Below, piece by piece: positions 40,602 through 51,647 of a stretch of 56,859 bases of DNA; within the stretch, counting starts at the first letter, position 1; the number at the start of each line of letters is the position of its first letter. The translations under genes and the position numbers were made by a program. Source of the DNA: Propionicimonas sp. (GTDB lineage Bacteria; Actinomycetota; Actinomycetes; Propionibacteriales; Propionibacteriaceae); the NCBI GenBank assembly GCA_035349055.1, contig DAOPRQ010000002.1:1321-58179 (forward strand), read 5' to 3'. The notes under the pieces are model-generated. The model saw nothing but the letters and a program-made list of their open reading frames with translations. It did no database searches and was not told the origin of the DNA.

Positions 40602-43022
40602 ATGGCGACCCGCGCGTCTTCCCCTTCGCGGAGCCGCAGCAGCGCGACCTCGCGCCCAAGCGCCTCTAGCCGGAGCAACGGAAGTAGATCCAGCAGCACC
40701 CGCAAACCGGCGAGCAAGCAGCCGCAGCCGTCCGGCTTCGTCCGGTTCATGTCCGGCCTCGGCCGGGGCATCGCTGCGGGCTGGCGCGGACTGGCGACAA
40801 TGTTCGGCAGTGCCGCCCGCGGCATCGGACCGAAGGTGGTGCTCGAACCCGACCAGCGGCACGACGGCACCGCGCTGTTCCTGCTGCTCACCGGACTCCT
40901 GGTCGCCGCGGAGTTCTGGGTCGGGCTGCCCGCCGTCCTCGGCGACTGGGTGCACGCCGGCACGACCACGCTGGTGGGAACGTTTGCCTACGCGGTCCCG
41001 GTGCTCTGCTGGGCGGTCGCCTGGCGCACCTGGCGGCACCCCGAGCGCCACGGAACGGCCGGACGTCAGGCTGTCGGCTGGACAGCAGGCCTGTTCGGAA
41101 TCCTCGGTCTGGTCCACATCGCCAAAGGGCTGCCCCGCGGATCGCAGCCTGCGCTGGTGCGGGAAGCCGGCGGTTTCCTCGGGTTCATCTCGTCCTCGCT
41201 GACCGTCGATCTACTCACGGTCTGGCTCGCGGTTCCGCTCCTGGTCATTGTCACCACGTTCGGCGTCCTGGTCGTGCTCGGCGTCCCGATGAGCGAGTTG
41301 AAGAGCCGGTTCAACGCGGCGCGCGAGCGCCTGAAGCGTCCCGAGCGGCCCGAAATCGCCTACGGTGCCGCCCACCGTGCCTTCGACACCCCGCTGGTGG
41401 ACGAGCCGGAACTCGATGACGATGAGGTGCTGACCGAGCCGATCAGCGTGTCCGCGGCCGCACCCAAGCCGAGACTCAAGCCCGTCCAGCCGCCGCTGGA
41501 AGCGCCGGTGATCTCGTCGGGGCCGCTGCGCGCCGAGCAACCCCCGATCAGTTCCGACATCGCCTACGTACTGCCGGACGCGGGCCTGCTCAAGGCCGGA
41601 TCGGTACCGAAGGCACGCACCCAGGCCAGCGACGCCGTGGTGAACAGCCTCACCGAGGTGCTGCGACAGTTCGAGATCGACGCCACGGTCACCGGCTACA
41701 CCCGTGGCCCTACGGTCACCCGCTACGAGGTCGAACTGGGCCAGGCGGTGAAGGTGGAGAAGGTCACCGCGCTGGGAAAGAACATCGCCTATGCCGTGGC
41801 TTCGGCGGATGTGCGCATCCTCTCGCCGATCCCGGGCAAGTCGGCGATCGGCATCGAGATTCCGAACGCCGACAAGGAGATCGTCTCCCTCGGCGACGTG
41901 CTGCGCTCCAACCGCGCCCGCAACGACCACCACCCGATGACCGTCGCGCTCGGCAAGGACGTCGAGGGTGGCTACGTGGTGGCGAACATGGCCAAGATGC
42001 CGCACCTGCTGGTGGCCGGCGCGACCGGTTCGGGCAAGTCGAGCTTCGTGAACTCGATGATCACCTCGATCATGATGCGCGCCACGCCGGACGAGGTACG
42101 CATGCTGCTGGTCGATCCCAAGCGGGTGGAGCTGACCCACTACGAGGGCATTCCCCACCTGGTCACGCCGATCATCACCAGCCCGAAGAAGGCCGCTGAG
42201 GCGCTGCAGTGGGTGGTCCGGGAGATGGACCAGCGCTACGACGACCTGGCCGCCTTCGGGTTCCGGCATGTAGACGACTTCAACAAGGCGGTCCGGGCCA
42301 ACCAGGTGAAGCTGCCCCCGGGCTCGGAGCGCGTGCTTGCGCCCTACCCGTACCTGCTGGTGATCGTGGACGAGCTCGCCGACCTGATGATGGTCGCCCC
42401 CCGCGACGTCGAGGATTCGATCGTCCGGATCACGCAGCTGGCGCGAGCCGCCGGCATCCATCTGGTGCTGGCCACGCAACGGCCGTCCACCGATGTGGTG
42501 ACGGGACTGATCAAGGCCAATGTGCCTTCCCGGCTGGCGTTCGCGACCTCGTCCATGACCGACTCCCGGGTCATCCTGGACACTCCGGGTGCGGAGAAGC
42601 TGGTCGGGCAGGGCGACGGGCTGTTCCTGCCGATGGGGCAGTCGAAGCCGCTGCGCGTCCAGGGCGCGTGGGTCACCGAAGCCGAGATCCGCGCGGTGGT
42701 GAAGATGGTCACCGAGCAGATGGCGCCGCAGTACCGCGAGGACGTGGCCGCGCCGGCCGAGTCGAGCAAGGCCGTGGCCGAGGACATCGGCGACGACCTG
42801 GAACTCGTGCTCGAAGCCGCTCAGCTGGTGGTGAACCTTCAGCTCGGCTCGACCTCGATGCTGCAGCGGAAGCTGCGGGTCGGTTTCGCCAAGGCCGGAC
42901 GCCTGATGGACATCCTGGAGACCAGGGGAGTGGTCGGCCCGTCCGAAGGCTCGAAGCCCCGCGAGGTCCTGGTCAAGCCCGACGACCTGGACGAAGTACT
43001 GGCCGCACTACGGGCCGGCTGA
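40602..43022 (+). CDS. ftsK: DNA translocase FtsK
   Basis: N-terminal TM segments, [24 protein letters not shown] and gamma domain [13 protein letters not shown]. Confidence 0.97.
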   Translation: MATRASSPSRSRSSATSRPSASSRSNGSRSSSTRKPASKQPQPSGFVRFMSGLGRGIAAGWRGLATMFGSAARGIGPKVVLEPDQRHDGTALFLLLTGLLVAAEFWVGLPAVLGDWVHAGTTTLVGTFAYAVPVLCWAVAWRTWRHPERHGTAGRQAVGWTAGLFGILGLVHIAKGLPRGSQPALVREAGGFLGFISSSLTVDLLTVWLAVPLLVIVTTFGVLVVLGVPMSELKSRFNAARERLKRPERPEIAYGAAHRAFDTPLVDEPELDDDEVLTEPISVSAAAPKPRLKPVQPPLEAPVISSGPLRAEQPPISSDIAYVLPDAGLLKAGSVPKARTQASDAVVNSLTEVLRQFEIDATVTGYTRGPTVTRYEVELGQAVKVEKVTALGKNIAYAVASADVRILSPIPGKSAIGIEIPNADKEIVSLGDVLRSNRARNDHHPMTVALGKDVEGGYVVANMAKMPHLLVAGATGSGKSSFVNSMITSIMMRATPDEVRMLLVDPKRVELTHYEGIPHLVTPIITSPKKAAEALQWVVREMDQRYDDLAAFGFRHVDDFNKAVRANQVKLPPGSERVLAPYPYLLVIVDELADLMMVAPRDVEDSIVRITQLARAAGIHLVLATQRPSTDVVTGLIKANVPSRLAFATSSMTDSRVILDTPGAEKLVGQGDGLFLPMGQSKPLRVQGAWVTEAEIRAVVKMVTEQMAPQYREDVAAPAESSKAVAEDIGDDLELVLEAAQLVVNLQLGSTSMLQRKLRVGFAKAGRLMDILETRGVVGPSEGSKPREVLVKPDDLDEVLAALRAG

Positions 43023-43033
43023 ACCCGAGACTG

Positions 43034-43085
43034 TTCAGTGCGGAGGATTGTGCACCGTGTTCGGTGGACAATCCTCCGCACTGAA
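43034..43085. repeat. Long hairpin after ftsK (18-bp perfect arms plus 5-bp inner stem)
   Basis: TTCAGTGCGGAGGATTGT / ACAATCCTCCGCACTGAA, with inner CACCG-TGTT-CGGTG. Confidence 0.85.
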
Positions 43086-43118
43086 TCGCATGAGCAGCGC
43101 GATTCTGGGTGAGGTAGC

Positions 43119-44513
43119 GTGGCCGGGGTGACTTCGACGCCGGTACACCTGATCAGCCTGGGTTGCGCGCGCAACGAGGTCGACTCCGAGGAGTTGGCCG
43201 GGCGCCTCGCGGCCGGCGGCTTCAGTCTTGTGGACGAGGCCGACGATGCCACCGCCATCGTGGTGAACACCTGCGGTTTCATCGACGCGGCCAAGAAGGA
43301 CTCGATCGACACGCTGCTGGCCGCCGCCGAGCGTAAGCCGGACGGGGTGCGCGCTGTGGTCGCGGTGGGCTGCCTGGCCGAGCGTTACGGGGCCGAACTG
43401 GCCCGTGAGCTGCCCGAAGCGGACGCGGTGCTCGGCTTCGACGACTATCCGGACATTGCCGAAAGGCTCCGCTGGATCTTGGACGGCGGTCGCCCCGAGG
43501 CCCACGAGCCCCGTGACCGGCGCAAGTTGCTGCCGGTGACGCCGGTGGCTCGCCCGGCGCGCGCGGTCGATGTGGCCGTGCCCGGGCATGGCTGGATCCC
43601 GCGGTTCCGGCTGGCCAAGGGGGCTTCCGCGCCGTTGAAGATCGCGTCGGGCTGCGACCGGCGGTGCGCGTTCTGCGCGATCCCGATGTTCCGCGGGTCC
43701 TACCTGTCGCGCCCGGTGGCCGAAGTCGTCACCGAAGCCCAGTGGCTGGTCGAGAACGGCGTCCGCGAAGCCGTACTGGTCAGCGAGAACTCCAGCGCCT
43801 ACGGCAAGGACATCGGCAGCAACCTGGAGGCCCTGCTGACCGAGCTCGACGGTGTGTCTGGTCTGGACTGGATCCGCGTCTCCTACCTGCAGCCCGCTGA
43901 GGTGCGTCCGTCCCTGCTCGAGGCGATGCAGGGCCTGGAGTCGGTGGTGCCCTACTTCGACCTGCCCTTCCAGCACGCTTCCGCGACCGTGCTGCGGCGG
44001 ATGCGCCGGTTCGGCGACCCGGACGCCTTCGCTGACCTGCTCGCCCGGATCCGCGCCGACCGGCCGGACGCCGGGATCCGCAGCAACGTGATCGTTGGCT
44101 TTCCCGGCGAGACCGAGGACGACGTGGCGATCCTGCTCGACTTCCTCGCGTCCGCTCGGCTGGATGCGGTGGGGGTCTTCGGCTATTCCGACGAGGAAGG
44201 CACCGAGGGCGCTGGGCTGTCCGGAAAGCTACCCGAGGACGTCATCGCCGAGCGCGTGGACCGAGTGGCGAGCCTGGTCGATGAAGTGTCCGCCGAGCGT
44301 GCGTCCGAGCGCATCGGCGAGCGGGTGCAGGTGCTCGTGGAGTCCGCGATCGGCTCGTCCGGCTGGCTCGGCCGGACCGCCCAGCAAGGCCCGGAGGCCG
44401 ACGGGAGTATCACCCTTTCAGCCAGTGTCGGGCAGCTCACTCCCGGAACGCTGGTGTGGAGTAGTGTCACGGCGACGGATGGGGTGGATCTCGTCGGTGA
44501 GGTGGTGGCCTGA
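43119..44513 (+). CDS. rimO: Ribosomal protein S12 methylthiotransferase
   Basis: [17 protein letters not shown] and CDRRCAFC radical-SAM motif. True start may be GTG 43128. Confidence 0.95.
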   Translation: MAGVTSTPVHLISLGCARNEVDSEELAGRLAAGGFSLVDEADDATAIVVNTCGFIDAAKKDSIDTLLAAAERKPDGVRAVVAVGCLAERYGAELARELPEADAVLGFDDYPDIAERLRWILDGGRPEAHEPRDRRKLLPVTPVARPARAVDVAVPGHGWIPRFRLAKGASAPLKIASGCDRRCAFCAIPMFRGSYLSRPVAEVVTEAQWLVENGVREAVLVSENSSAYGKDIGSNLEALLTELDGVSGLDWIRVSYLQPAEVRPSLLEAMQGLESVVPYFDLPFQHASATVLRRMRRFGDPDAFADLLARIRADRPDAGIRSNVIVGFPGETEDDVAILLDFLASARLDAVGVFGYSDEEGTEGAGLSGKLPEDVIAERVDRVASLVDEVSAERASERIGERVQVLVESAIGSSGWLGRTAQQGPEADGSITLSASVGQLTPGTLVWSSVTATDGVDLVGEVVA

Positions 44514-45125
44514 ATGACTGAGCGTTCCGCGGACGCGCGCACGTCCATTCCGGCCTGGCTGCCCAACGCGCTGACCGTGGTGCGCCTGATCCTGGTGCCG
44601 GTGTTCGTCGTGCTGCTCTTCCTTGGCCCGGCCAGTTTCGCCTGGCGGATGGCTGCGACGGTCGCCTTCGGCCTCGCCATCCTGACCGACTACTTCGATG
44701 GCAACCTGGCCCGCAAGCACAACCTGGTCAGCGACTTCGGCAAGATCTGGGACCCGATCGCCGACAAGGCGCTCACTGGCGCAGCCTTCGTTTCGCTGAG
44801 CCTGCTCAACGAGCTGCCCTGGTGGGTGACCGTGATCATCCTGGTACGTGAGTGGGGCATCACCTGGATGCGGGTGGCGATGCTCAAGTACGGCGTGATG
44901 GCAGCCGCGGCCGGCGGGAAACTGAAGACCCTGCTACAGGCCATCGCCCTGCTGATGTTCCTGCCCTACCCGATCGGCCAGACCATGGCGATCGCACCGT
45001 TCTGGGGCTGGCTGGCCTGGCTGGTGATGGGTGCCGCGTTCGTCCTGACCGCGGTGACCGGTGTGATGTACGTCTTCGACGCGCTCCGGCTGAAGGCGGA
45101 GTCGACCGCCGGTTCGAAGCGATGA
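44514..45125 (+). CDS. pgsA: CDP-diacylglycerol--glycerol-3-phosphate 3-phosphatidyltransferase
   Basis: PNALTVVR and TDYFDGNLARK...FGKIWDPIADK. Confidence 0.95.
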   Translation: MTERSADARTSIPAWLPNALTVVRLILVPVFVVLLFLGPASFAWRMAATVAFGLAILTDYFDGNLARKHNLVSDFGKIWDPIADKALTGAAFVSLSLLNELPWWVTVIILVREWGITWMRVAMLKYGVMAAAAGGKLKTLLQAIALLMFLPYPIGQTMAIAPFWGWLAWLVMGAAFVLTAVTGVMYVFDALRLKAESTAGSKR

Positions 45126-45607
45126 GCCCGAACCCGAGCGCTTCCGGCGTGGTGGCGGCCCTGACAGCACGTGGCCAGACGCTGGCCACGGCCGAGTCGC
45201 TGACCGGCGGGCTGATCGGGGCCGCGATCACTTCGGTGCCCGGCGCCTCTGCGATCTATTTGGGTGGCGTGATCAGCTATGCCACCACGATGAAGGCCGT
45301 TCTCGCGGGTGTGCCGGGCGCGGTGCTGCGGACGCATGGTCCGGTGGCCGCGGAGACCGCGGTTGCGTTGGCGGTTGGTGTCCGGGAGCGGACGGGAGCC
45401 GACTGGGCTCTGGCGGCCACCGGTGTGGCCGGCCCCGACCCTCAGGACGGACATGCGCCCGGCGAGGTGTGGCTGGGCCTGGCGGCGCCGGACGGGGCAG
45501 CAATCGGGCGGCGGTTGGACTGCGCCGGTGCGCGCGAGGACGTCCGCGCGGCGACGGTGATCGCTGCCCTCGAACTGCTCCTGCACGAACTGCAGCTGGA
45601 AGCCTGA
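45122..45607 (+). CDS. CinA C-terminal domain protein (NMN deamidase PncC-like)
   Basis: [14 protein letters not shown] and TGVAGP. Confidence 0.9.
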   Translation: MSPNPSASGVVAALTARGQTLATAESLTGGLIGAAITSVPGASAIYLGGVISYATTMKAVLAGVPGAVLRTHGPVAAETAVALAVGVRERTGADWALAATGVAGPDPQDGHAPGEVWLGLAAPDGAAIGRRLDCAGAREDVRAATVIAALELLLHELQLEA

Positions 45608-45684
45608 GTGGACCAGCCGCTTCGCGATCGCGCAGCACCGGGAACACATCTGCTGGGCGTGGCGTTGTGTCACCATCAAGTCAG

Positions 45685-45706
45685 AGTCGGTGGGGACGGG
45701 TAGAGT
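45685..45706 (+). promoter_or_regulatory. Putative PafBC/RecA-NDp-like promoter before the clgR-like gene
   Basis: aGTCGG-TGGGGACGGG-TAGAGT, then 7 nt to ATG 45714. Confidence 0.4.
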
Positions 45707-45713
45707 CGAAGTC

Positions 45714-46019
45714 ATGATCCAGGAAGTGCGCGAGCGTCCGCTGTTGATGCGGGAATTGCTCGGCGAGTCGCTGCGTGAGCTGCGCACCTCCGAGAATCTG
45801 ACACTCCGCGAGGTGTCCGGCCGCGCCCGGGTCAGCCTCGGCTACCTCTCTGAGATCGAACGCGGCCAGAAGGAAGCGTCGTCGGAGTTGCTGAACGCCA
45901 TCTGCGGCGCGCTCGACCTGCCGCTGTCCACACTGCTGCGTCGCGTCTCCGACAAGATCGACGCCTACGCCGGGGTCACCCAGCTGCCGCTGCGCAGCCC
46001 GCGCGTCGCAGCCGCCTGA
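45714..46019 (+). CDS. clgR: XRE-family HTH regulator (ClgR-like)
   Basis: [31 protein letters not shown]. Conserved position after pgsA-cinA. Confidence 0.85.
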   Translation: MIQEVRERPLLMRELLGESLRELRTSENLTLREVSGRARVSLGYLSEIERGQKEASSELLNAICGALDLPLSTLLRRVSDKIDAYAGVTQLPLRSPRVAAA

Positions 46020-46213
46020 TGCGCGAAACCGCGCTGCGGGCCCGCTTGGAGAAACATCTGGGCTACCCGTATGTCCTGGCCTGGTCGGAGACGGTTGCGC
46101 TCGCCGGCGTGGGGCATCGGACGGTGACGCAGGCGCTCGCCGCCGGCGTGCCGTGCGGGCAGATCTGGCGAGCCGCCTGGGAAGCCCTGGAGCTCACCGA
46201 ACACGACCGCTGA
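46019..46213 (+). CDS. DUF3046 family protein
   Basis: RTVTQALAAGV...IWRA; typically found upstream of recA. Confidence 0.8.
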   Translation: MRETALRARLEKHLGYPYVLAWSETVALAGVGHRTVTQALAAGVPCGQIWRAAWEALELTEHDR

Positions 46214-46257
46214 CCCGATCACGGCGGAGTTGAAGCCGTCCGCGTGTCGCGTGCATT

Positions 46258-46280
46258 TCGAACACCTGTTCGCCTAGGCT
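46258..46280 (+). promoter_or_regulatory. LexA box and distal recA promoter
   Basis: TCGAACACCTGTTCGC at 46258-46273, followed by -10 TAGGCT at 46275-46280. Confidence 0.85.
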
Positions 46281-46339
46281 GTGGATCGTGGGTCGGGCTT
46301 CTCCGAGCTTTCCACAGCCGGGATGCGCGCCTGACCGAA

Positions 46340-46361
46340 TGTCAGAGGCGATGCCTATGGT
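46340..46361 (+). promoter_or_regulatory. PafBC/RecA-NDp proximal recA promoter
   Basis: TGTCAG-AGGCGATGCC-TATGGT matches TGTCRG-N10-TAnnnT. Confidence 0.8.
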
Positions 46362-46406
46362 GTTGCTGACGAGGTGTTGGCAGGACCAAAGACGGAAGGA
46401 ACTCAG

Positions 46407-47450
46407 ATGGCGGTGGCAGACCGGGAGAAGGCGCTGGCGGCTGCGTTGGCCCAGATCGAGAAGCAGCATGGCAAGGGCTCGGTCATGCGGCTCGGTGACG
46501 AGACCAGGCAGCCGATCGAGGTGATCCCGACCGGGTCGATCGCCCTTGACGTGGCCCTGGGGATCGGCGGGCTGCCGCGCGGCCGGGTGGTGGAGATCTA
46601 CGGCCCGGAGTCCAGCGGCAAGACGACCGTGGCCCTGCACGTGATCGCGAATGCGCAGGCTGCCGGCGGCATCTGCGCCTTCATCGACGCTGAGCACGCG
46701 CTCGACCCCGACTACGCGGCCAAGCTGGGTGTCGACACCGACGCCCTGCTGGTCAGCCAGCCCGACAACGGTGAGCAGGCGCTGGAGATCGCCGACACGC
46801 TGGTGCGTTCCGGTGCGCTCGCGCTGATCGTGATCGACTCGGTCGCGGCGCTGACCCCGCGGGCCGAGATCGAGGGTGAGATGGGCGACAGCCACGTCGG
46901 CCTGCAGGCCCGGCTGATGAGCCAGGCGCTGCGCAAGATGACCGGGGCGCTCTCGGGTGCCGGCACCACCGCGATCTTCATCAACCAGTTGCGCGAGAAG
47001 ATCGGCGTGATGTTCGGCTCGCCCGAGACCACCACCGGCGGCCGGGCGCTGAAGTTCTACTCCTCGGTGCGGCTTGACGTGCGACGCATCGAGACCCTGA
47101 AGGACGGGTCGGAGATGGTCGGCAACCGCACCCGGGTGAAGGTCGTGAAGAACAAGGTCGCCCCGCCGTTCAAGCAGGCCGAGTTCGACATCCTCTACGG
47201 CCAGGGCATCAGCCGCGAAGGCAGCCTGATCGACCTGGGCGTTGACAATGGCATCATCCGGAAGGCCGGCGCCTGGTTCACCTACGACGCGGACCAACTC
47301 GGCCAGGGCAAGGAGAACGCCCGCAACTATCTCAAGGCCAACCCGGAGGTGGCCGCCGAGATCGAGCAGAAGATCCTGAGCAAGCTCGGCATCGGCGCCA
47401 ACGGTGTGCCTGACGGGATCGACCCGGTCACCGGCGAGGTGGAGTTCTAG
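46407..47450 (+). CDS. recA: Recombinase RecA (no intein)
   Basis: [24 protein letters not shown] and KNKVAPPF. Confidence 0.99.
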   Translation: MAVADREKALAAALAQIEKQHGKGSVMRLGDETRQPIEVIPTGSIALDVALGIGGLPRGRVVEIYGPESSGKTTVALHVIANAQAAGGICAFIDAEHALDPDYAAKLGVDTDALLVSQPDNGEQALEIADTLVRSGALALIVIDSVAALTPRAEIEGEMGDSHVGLQARLMSQALRKMTGALSGAGTTAIFINQLREKIGVMFGSPETTTGGRALKFYSSVRLDVRRIETLKDGSEMVGNRTRVKVVKNKVAPPFKQAEFDILYGQGISREGSLIDLGVDNGIIRKAGAWFTYDADQLGQGKENARNYLKANPEVAAEIEQKILSKLGIGANGVPDGIDPVTGEVEF

Positions 47451-47452
47451 CT

Positions 47453-47995
47453 TTGACCGATCCGGACGGCCGGTTCGACGAGCCGGACGACGAAGCGGAT
47501 CCGGTTGGCGTGGCCCGGGAGATTGCGCTTCGCCAGTTGACCGTCCGTGCGCGCACTCGGGTCGAACTCGCCAGGGCGCTTTTACGTCGCAAGGTGCCGA
47601 CCGAGGTCGCCGAGCAGGTGCTCGACCGCCTGGAAGAGGTCGGCCTGGTTGACGACGCAGTCTTCGCGCGCGACTGGCTGGCTGCGGGGGAACGCCGGCA
47701 CAAGAGCCGAAGAGCGCTGGCGGTCGAGCTGGGCGAGAAGGGCGTGGCGCGCGAGCTGATCGACGAGGCGGTGGCCGAACTCGACGGTGAACACGACTAT
47801 CTGGTCGCTCGCGGCTACGCGGAGAAGAAGGCTGCCGGGCTCGCCAAGGTGCCACCGGACGCACAGTACCGACGGTTGGCTGCGGCGCTGGCGCGGCGTG
47901 GGTTCAACGCGTCGGTCGTCGCACAGGTCACCCGCGAAGTCCTGGCCGAAGTGCGCACCGAGGACGGCTTGCACAATGATTGGGACGGGGCTTAG
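47453..47995 (+). CDS. recX: Regulatory protein RecX
   Basis: ALRQLTVRART, GLVDDAVFA and LARRGF. Immediately after recA. Confidence 0.93.
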   Translation: MTDPDGRFDEPDDEADPVGVAREIALRQLTVRARTRVELARALLRRKVPTEVAEQVLDRLEEVGLVDDAVFARDWLAAGERRHKSRRALAVELGEKGVARELIDEAVAELDGEHDYLVARGYAEKKAAGLAKVPPDAQYRRLAAALARRGFNASVVAQVTREVLAEVRTEDGLHNDWDGA

Positions 47996-48169
47996 CCTGC
48001 CCTTGGGTACGCGTGTGAACCCAACCTCTGAGCGCTTGACCATTACCGGGGACTGAACCCCATCGATACCTGCCTGGCTCGGCCGGGCTGATTTGCCGTC
48101 GGCACTTGGTGCTGCGTTGACCGCTTGGGTTGGCTAGTGCGCGTCCGCACCCGCTCAAGGAGGACGCCG

Positions 48170-49696
48170 ATGGAACTGTTGCTGGGAATCGTCCTTGGCG
48201 TACTCGTCCTCCTGGTGGTGATCCTCGCCTTCGTGCTGGTGATGCTGGTGAAGGGCCAACCGGCGCCGCGTCGGGGCGCGCCGAACAAGCGCGGCCCCCG
48301 CCAATCCGCCCGGCTACGCAGCCCGCAGCCGCTGGTTGGGACGCTCGTGCCGACGCAGGTCCCGGCTGAGGCCGAGGCCGAACTCCGCTCGCGCCGGCAG
48401 GCTGCCGATCGGCGGGAGGAACTTCTCGCGCAGCGCGAGGACCGGCTGAATCGCTTCCTGTCCGAGCTGCACACCCGCGAGACCCATCTGGACGAGATCG
48501 GGGCTGCGCTCGATCGCCGCGAAGCGGCACTCGACGATGCCGAGAGCGAGCAGGTGGAAGCCCTGGCGAAGGTGGCCGGGCTCTCACCCGTTCAGGCCCG
48601 CAACGATCTACTCACCCAGGTCGAGAAGAGCTCGAGACTGCACGCGGCCCAGTTGGCGCGTGAGATCGAGTCCGAAGCAAAACGGAACGCGGATGCCGTG
48701 GCTCGCCGGATCATCGTGACCAGCCTCCAGCGGCTCGCCGCTGAGCAGACCACCGAATCCGTGGTCGCCGCCGTGCCGATTCCCGGCGACGACATGAAGG
48801 GTCGCATCATCGGCCGTGAGGGCCGCAACATCCGCGCGTTCGAGCAGATCACCGGCGTCAACGTCCTCATCGACGACACCCCCGAGAGCGTGCTGCTGTC
48901 CTGTTTTGACCCGGTCCGCCGCGAGACCGCGCGACTCACGCTTACCGAACTGGTCGCCGACGGACGCATCCACCCGGCCCGCATCGAAGAGGTCCACGAG
49001 CGCAGCCAGCGCCGGGTGGAGGAGTTGTGCATCCGGGCTGCGGAGGACGCGCTCATCGAGATGGGCATCACCGACCTTGACGCCGGCCTGCTGCCGTACC
49101 TGGGTGCCCTGCAGTACCGCACGTCCTACGGCCAGAACGTGCTGCGTCACCTGATCGAGTGTGGGCACATCGCAGCTCTCCTGGCCGGCGAACTGGGGCT
49201 CGACGTCGACACCTGCCGGCGTGCCGCGTTCCTGCACGACATCGGCAAGGCGCTCACCCATGAAGCTGAGGGCTCGCACGCCAAGGTGGGTGCCGACCTG
49301 GCTCGCCGCCACGGCGAGCATCCTGACATCGTCCATGCCATCGAGGCGCACCACAACGAGGTCGAGCCGCGCACAGTGGAGGCAGTCCTCACCCAGGCGG
49401 CGGACGCGATCAGCGGCAGCCGTCCGGGAGCTCGCCGGGAGAGCCTGGAGATCTACGTGAAGCGGCTCCAGCGATTGGAGGACATCGCCAAGGAGCACGA
49501 GGGCGTCGACAAGGTGTTCGCCATGCAGGCCGGCAGGGAGATCCGGGTGATGGTCACCCCAGAACTGGTCAACGACGCCCAATCGCTGGTGATCGCACGT
49601 GACATCGCCAAGCGCGTCGAGGAGGAACTCACCTACCCGGGCAACATCAAGGTGACCGTCGTCCGCGAGTCGCGGGCCGTGGCGCTCGCCAAGTAG
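48170..49696 (+). CDS. rny: Ribonuclease Y
   Basis: N-terminal TM segment, KH domain MKGRIIGREGRNIR and HD domain LHDIGK. Confidence 0.96.
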   Translation: MELLLGIVLGVLVLLVVILAFVLVMLVKGQPAPRRGAPNKRGPRQSARLRSPQPLVGTLVPTQVPAEAEAELRSRRQAADRREELLAQREDRLNRFLSELHTRETHLDEIGAALDRREAALDDAESEQVEALAKVAGLSPVQARNDLLTQVEKSSRLHAAQLAREIESEAKRNADAVARRIIVTSLQRLAAEQTTESVVAAVPIPGDDMKGRIIGREGRNIRAFEQITGVNVLIDDTPESVLLSCFDPVRRETARLTLTELVADGRIHPARIEEVHERSQRRVEELCIRAAEDALIEMGITDLDAGLLPYLGALQYRTSYGQNVLRHLIECGHIAALLAGELGLDVDTCRRAAFLHDIGKALTHEAEGSHAKVGADLARRHGEHPDIVHAIEAHHNEVEPRTVEAVLTQAADAISGSRPGARRESLEIYVKRLQRLEDIAKEHEGVDKVFAMQAGREIRVMVTPELVNDAQSLVIARDIAKRVEEELTYPGNIKVTVVRESRAVALAK

Positions 49697-49824
49697 CCCC
49701 GTCCCGGACCTGTCCGGCAGCCCCGCATCCGCCTACCACCTGGCCGCCCGGCGCCGCGCCTCGATGGCTCAGCCTCGCTCCATGCCGAACAACAATCAGC
49801 GTTCCTTGGGTAAAGTAGCTCGTC

Positions 49825-51279
49825 ATGCGCACGTTCGAAGTGGTCACCTATGGCTGCCAGATGAACGTCCACGACTCCGAACGGATCGCGGGCGTACTTC
49901 TGGACGCGGGCTACCAGCCCGCTGAGGCTGGATCCCAGGCCGACGTGGTGGTGTTCAACACCTGCGCGGTTCGGGAGAACGCCGACAACCGGCTCTACGG
50001 GAACCTCGGTCATCTCGCGCCGGTGAAGCAGGCGCACGCCGGCATGCAGATCGCGGTCGGCGGCTGCATGGCCCAGAAGGACCGGCACACGGTCGTGCAG
50101 CGCGCGCCCTGGGTGGACGTCGTTTTCGGCACCAACAACCTTGGCTCGCTGCCGGTGCTGCTGGAGCGGGCGCGGATCGAATCCGAGTCCCAGGTGGAGA
50201 TCCTGGAGTCGCTTGAGCGGTTCCCGTCCACCTTGCCCACCCGGCGCGACTCCGCCTATGCCGCGTGGGTGTCGATCAGCGTTGGCTGCAACAACACCTG
50301 CACCTTCTGCATCGTGCCTGCGCTGCGCGGCAAGGAGACCGATCGGCGTCCGGGCGACGTGCTGGCCGAGATCAAGGCGCTCGTGGCCGAAGGCGTGCAG
50401 GAGATCACCCTGCTCGGCCAGAACGTGAACAGCTACGGCGTCGAGTTCGGCGATCGGGGCGCGTTCGCCAAGCTGCTACGGGCCTGTGGCGAGATCGACG
50501 GCCTGGAACGCGTCCGGTTCACCTCGCCGCACCCTGCGGCCTTCACCGACGACGTGATCGCGGCCATGGCCGAGACCCCGAACGTGATGCCGTCGCTGCA
50601 CATGCCGCTGCAGTCGGGCTCGGACGCGGTGCTGAAGACGATGCGCCGCTCCTACCGCAGCACGAAGTTCCTCGGCATCCTCGACCGGGTACGGGCGGCC
50701 ATTCCGCACGCTGCGATCACCACCGACATCATCGTCGGCTTCCCCGGCGAGACCGATGCCGACTTCGAGGCGACCATGGAGGTCGTCCGCGCGTCGCGGT
50801 TCTCGGCGGCGTTCACCTTCCAGTATTCGATCCGGCCGGGGACGCCGGCCGCGACGATGCCAGACCAGGTACCCAAGGCCGTGGTTCAGGAGCGGTACGA
50901 GCGGCTGGTCGACCTGGTCGGCGAGCTGGCCTGGGCCGAGAACTCAAAGCTCGTCGGGCAACGGGTGGAGGTGCTGTTCGCCGACGGCGAGGGCCGCAAG
51001 GACGCCGCCACCCACCGCATGTCCGGGCGGGCCCGCGACAACCGCCTGGTGCACGTGGCGGTGCCGGATGATCCGGCGCTGCGGCCGCGTCCGGGAGACC
51101 TCGCCGAGGTAGAGATCAGCTACGCCGCGCCGCACCACCTGAACGCCGATGGCGGCCTGCTGAGCCTGCGGCGCACCCGCGGCGGCGATGCCTGGGCCGC
51201 ACGTCAGGCGCCTCCCGAGGCTGAAGCTGCGCCCGGGCGGACGGTCGGCCTGGGGCTGCCGAAGCTGGTCCGGGCATAG
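49825..51279 (+). CDS. miaB: tRNA i6A37 methylthiotransferase
   Basis: [19 protein letters not shown] and CNNTCTFC. Confidence 0.97.
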   Translation: MRTFEVVTYGCQMNVHDSERIAGVLLDAGYQPAEAGSQADVVVFNTCAVRENADNRLYGNLGHLAPVKQAHAGMQIAVGGCMAQKDRHTVVQRAPWVDVVFGTNNLGSLPVLLERARIESESQVEILESLERFPSTLPTRRDSAYAAWVSISVGCNNTCTFCIVPALRGKETDRRPGDVLAEIKALVAEGVQEITLLGQNVNSYGVEFGDRGAFAKLLRACGEIDGLERVRFTSPHPAAFTDDVIAAMAETPNVMPSLHMPLQSGSDAVLKTMRRSYRSTKFLGILDRVRAAIPHAAITTDIIVGFPGETDADFEATMEVVRASRFSAAFTFQYSIRPGTPAATMPDQVPKAVVQERYERLVDLVGELAWAENSKLVGQRVEVLFADGEGRKDAATHRMSGRARDNRLVHVAVPDDPALRPRPGDLAEVEISYAAPHHLNADGGLLSLRRTRGGDAWAARQAPPEAEAAPGRTVGLGLPKLVRA

Positions 51280-51280
51280 A

Positions 51281-51325
51281 CCGAGGGGCCGACCAGCTTG
51301 GCTCGACCCCTCGGGTTTCGTCGTT
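51281..51325 (+). terminator. Intrinsic terminator after miaB
   Basis: CCGAGGGG...CCCCTCGG stem followed by GTTTCGTCGTT. Confidence 0.6.
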
Positions 51326-51370
51326 GTGCGGGAAGTCTGTCCCGCTCCAGATCCAGTGGATCCGTATCGC

Positions 51371-51535
51371 TCAGTTACCGAGTTGGTCCTTGACGAACTC
51401 CTGAGCCTGGTCCACCTGTGCCGCGTACTGTCCGCCGGTCTTCTCATCAATGAAGTCGCCAACCTGCTCGACGCCTTCCTTGATCTCAGCTGCGTGGTCG
51501 GCCACGGCATCCTTGATCTGTTCGACGATGTCCAT
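51371..51535 (-). CDS. Small protein of the Rv0909/MT0933-like 'antitoxin' family
   Basis: MDIVEQIKD...GDFIDEKTGGQYAAQVDQAQ. RBS AAAGGAGG. Confidence 0.8.
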   Translation of the reverse strand: MDIVEQIKDAVADHAAEIKEGVEQVGDFIDEKTGGQYAAQVDQAQEFVKDQLGN

Positions 51536-51647
51536 GTGACCTCCTTTCTGTCCCGGCGCCAGGCCTATCCCGGCTGCATCATCCATTGTGTGCCGCAAAG
51601 GACGCGTTGCCAAGGGAAATCACCGACCGGTTGAGACAATGTTCCAC

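Noticed and set aside
46407-47450. RecA intein
   Set aside because: The protein is normal length (about 347 aa) with contiguous motifs.
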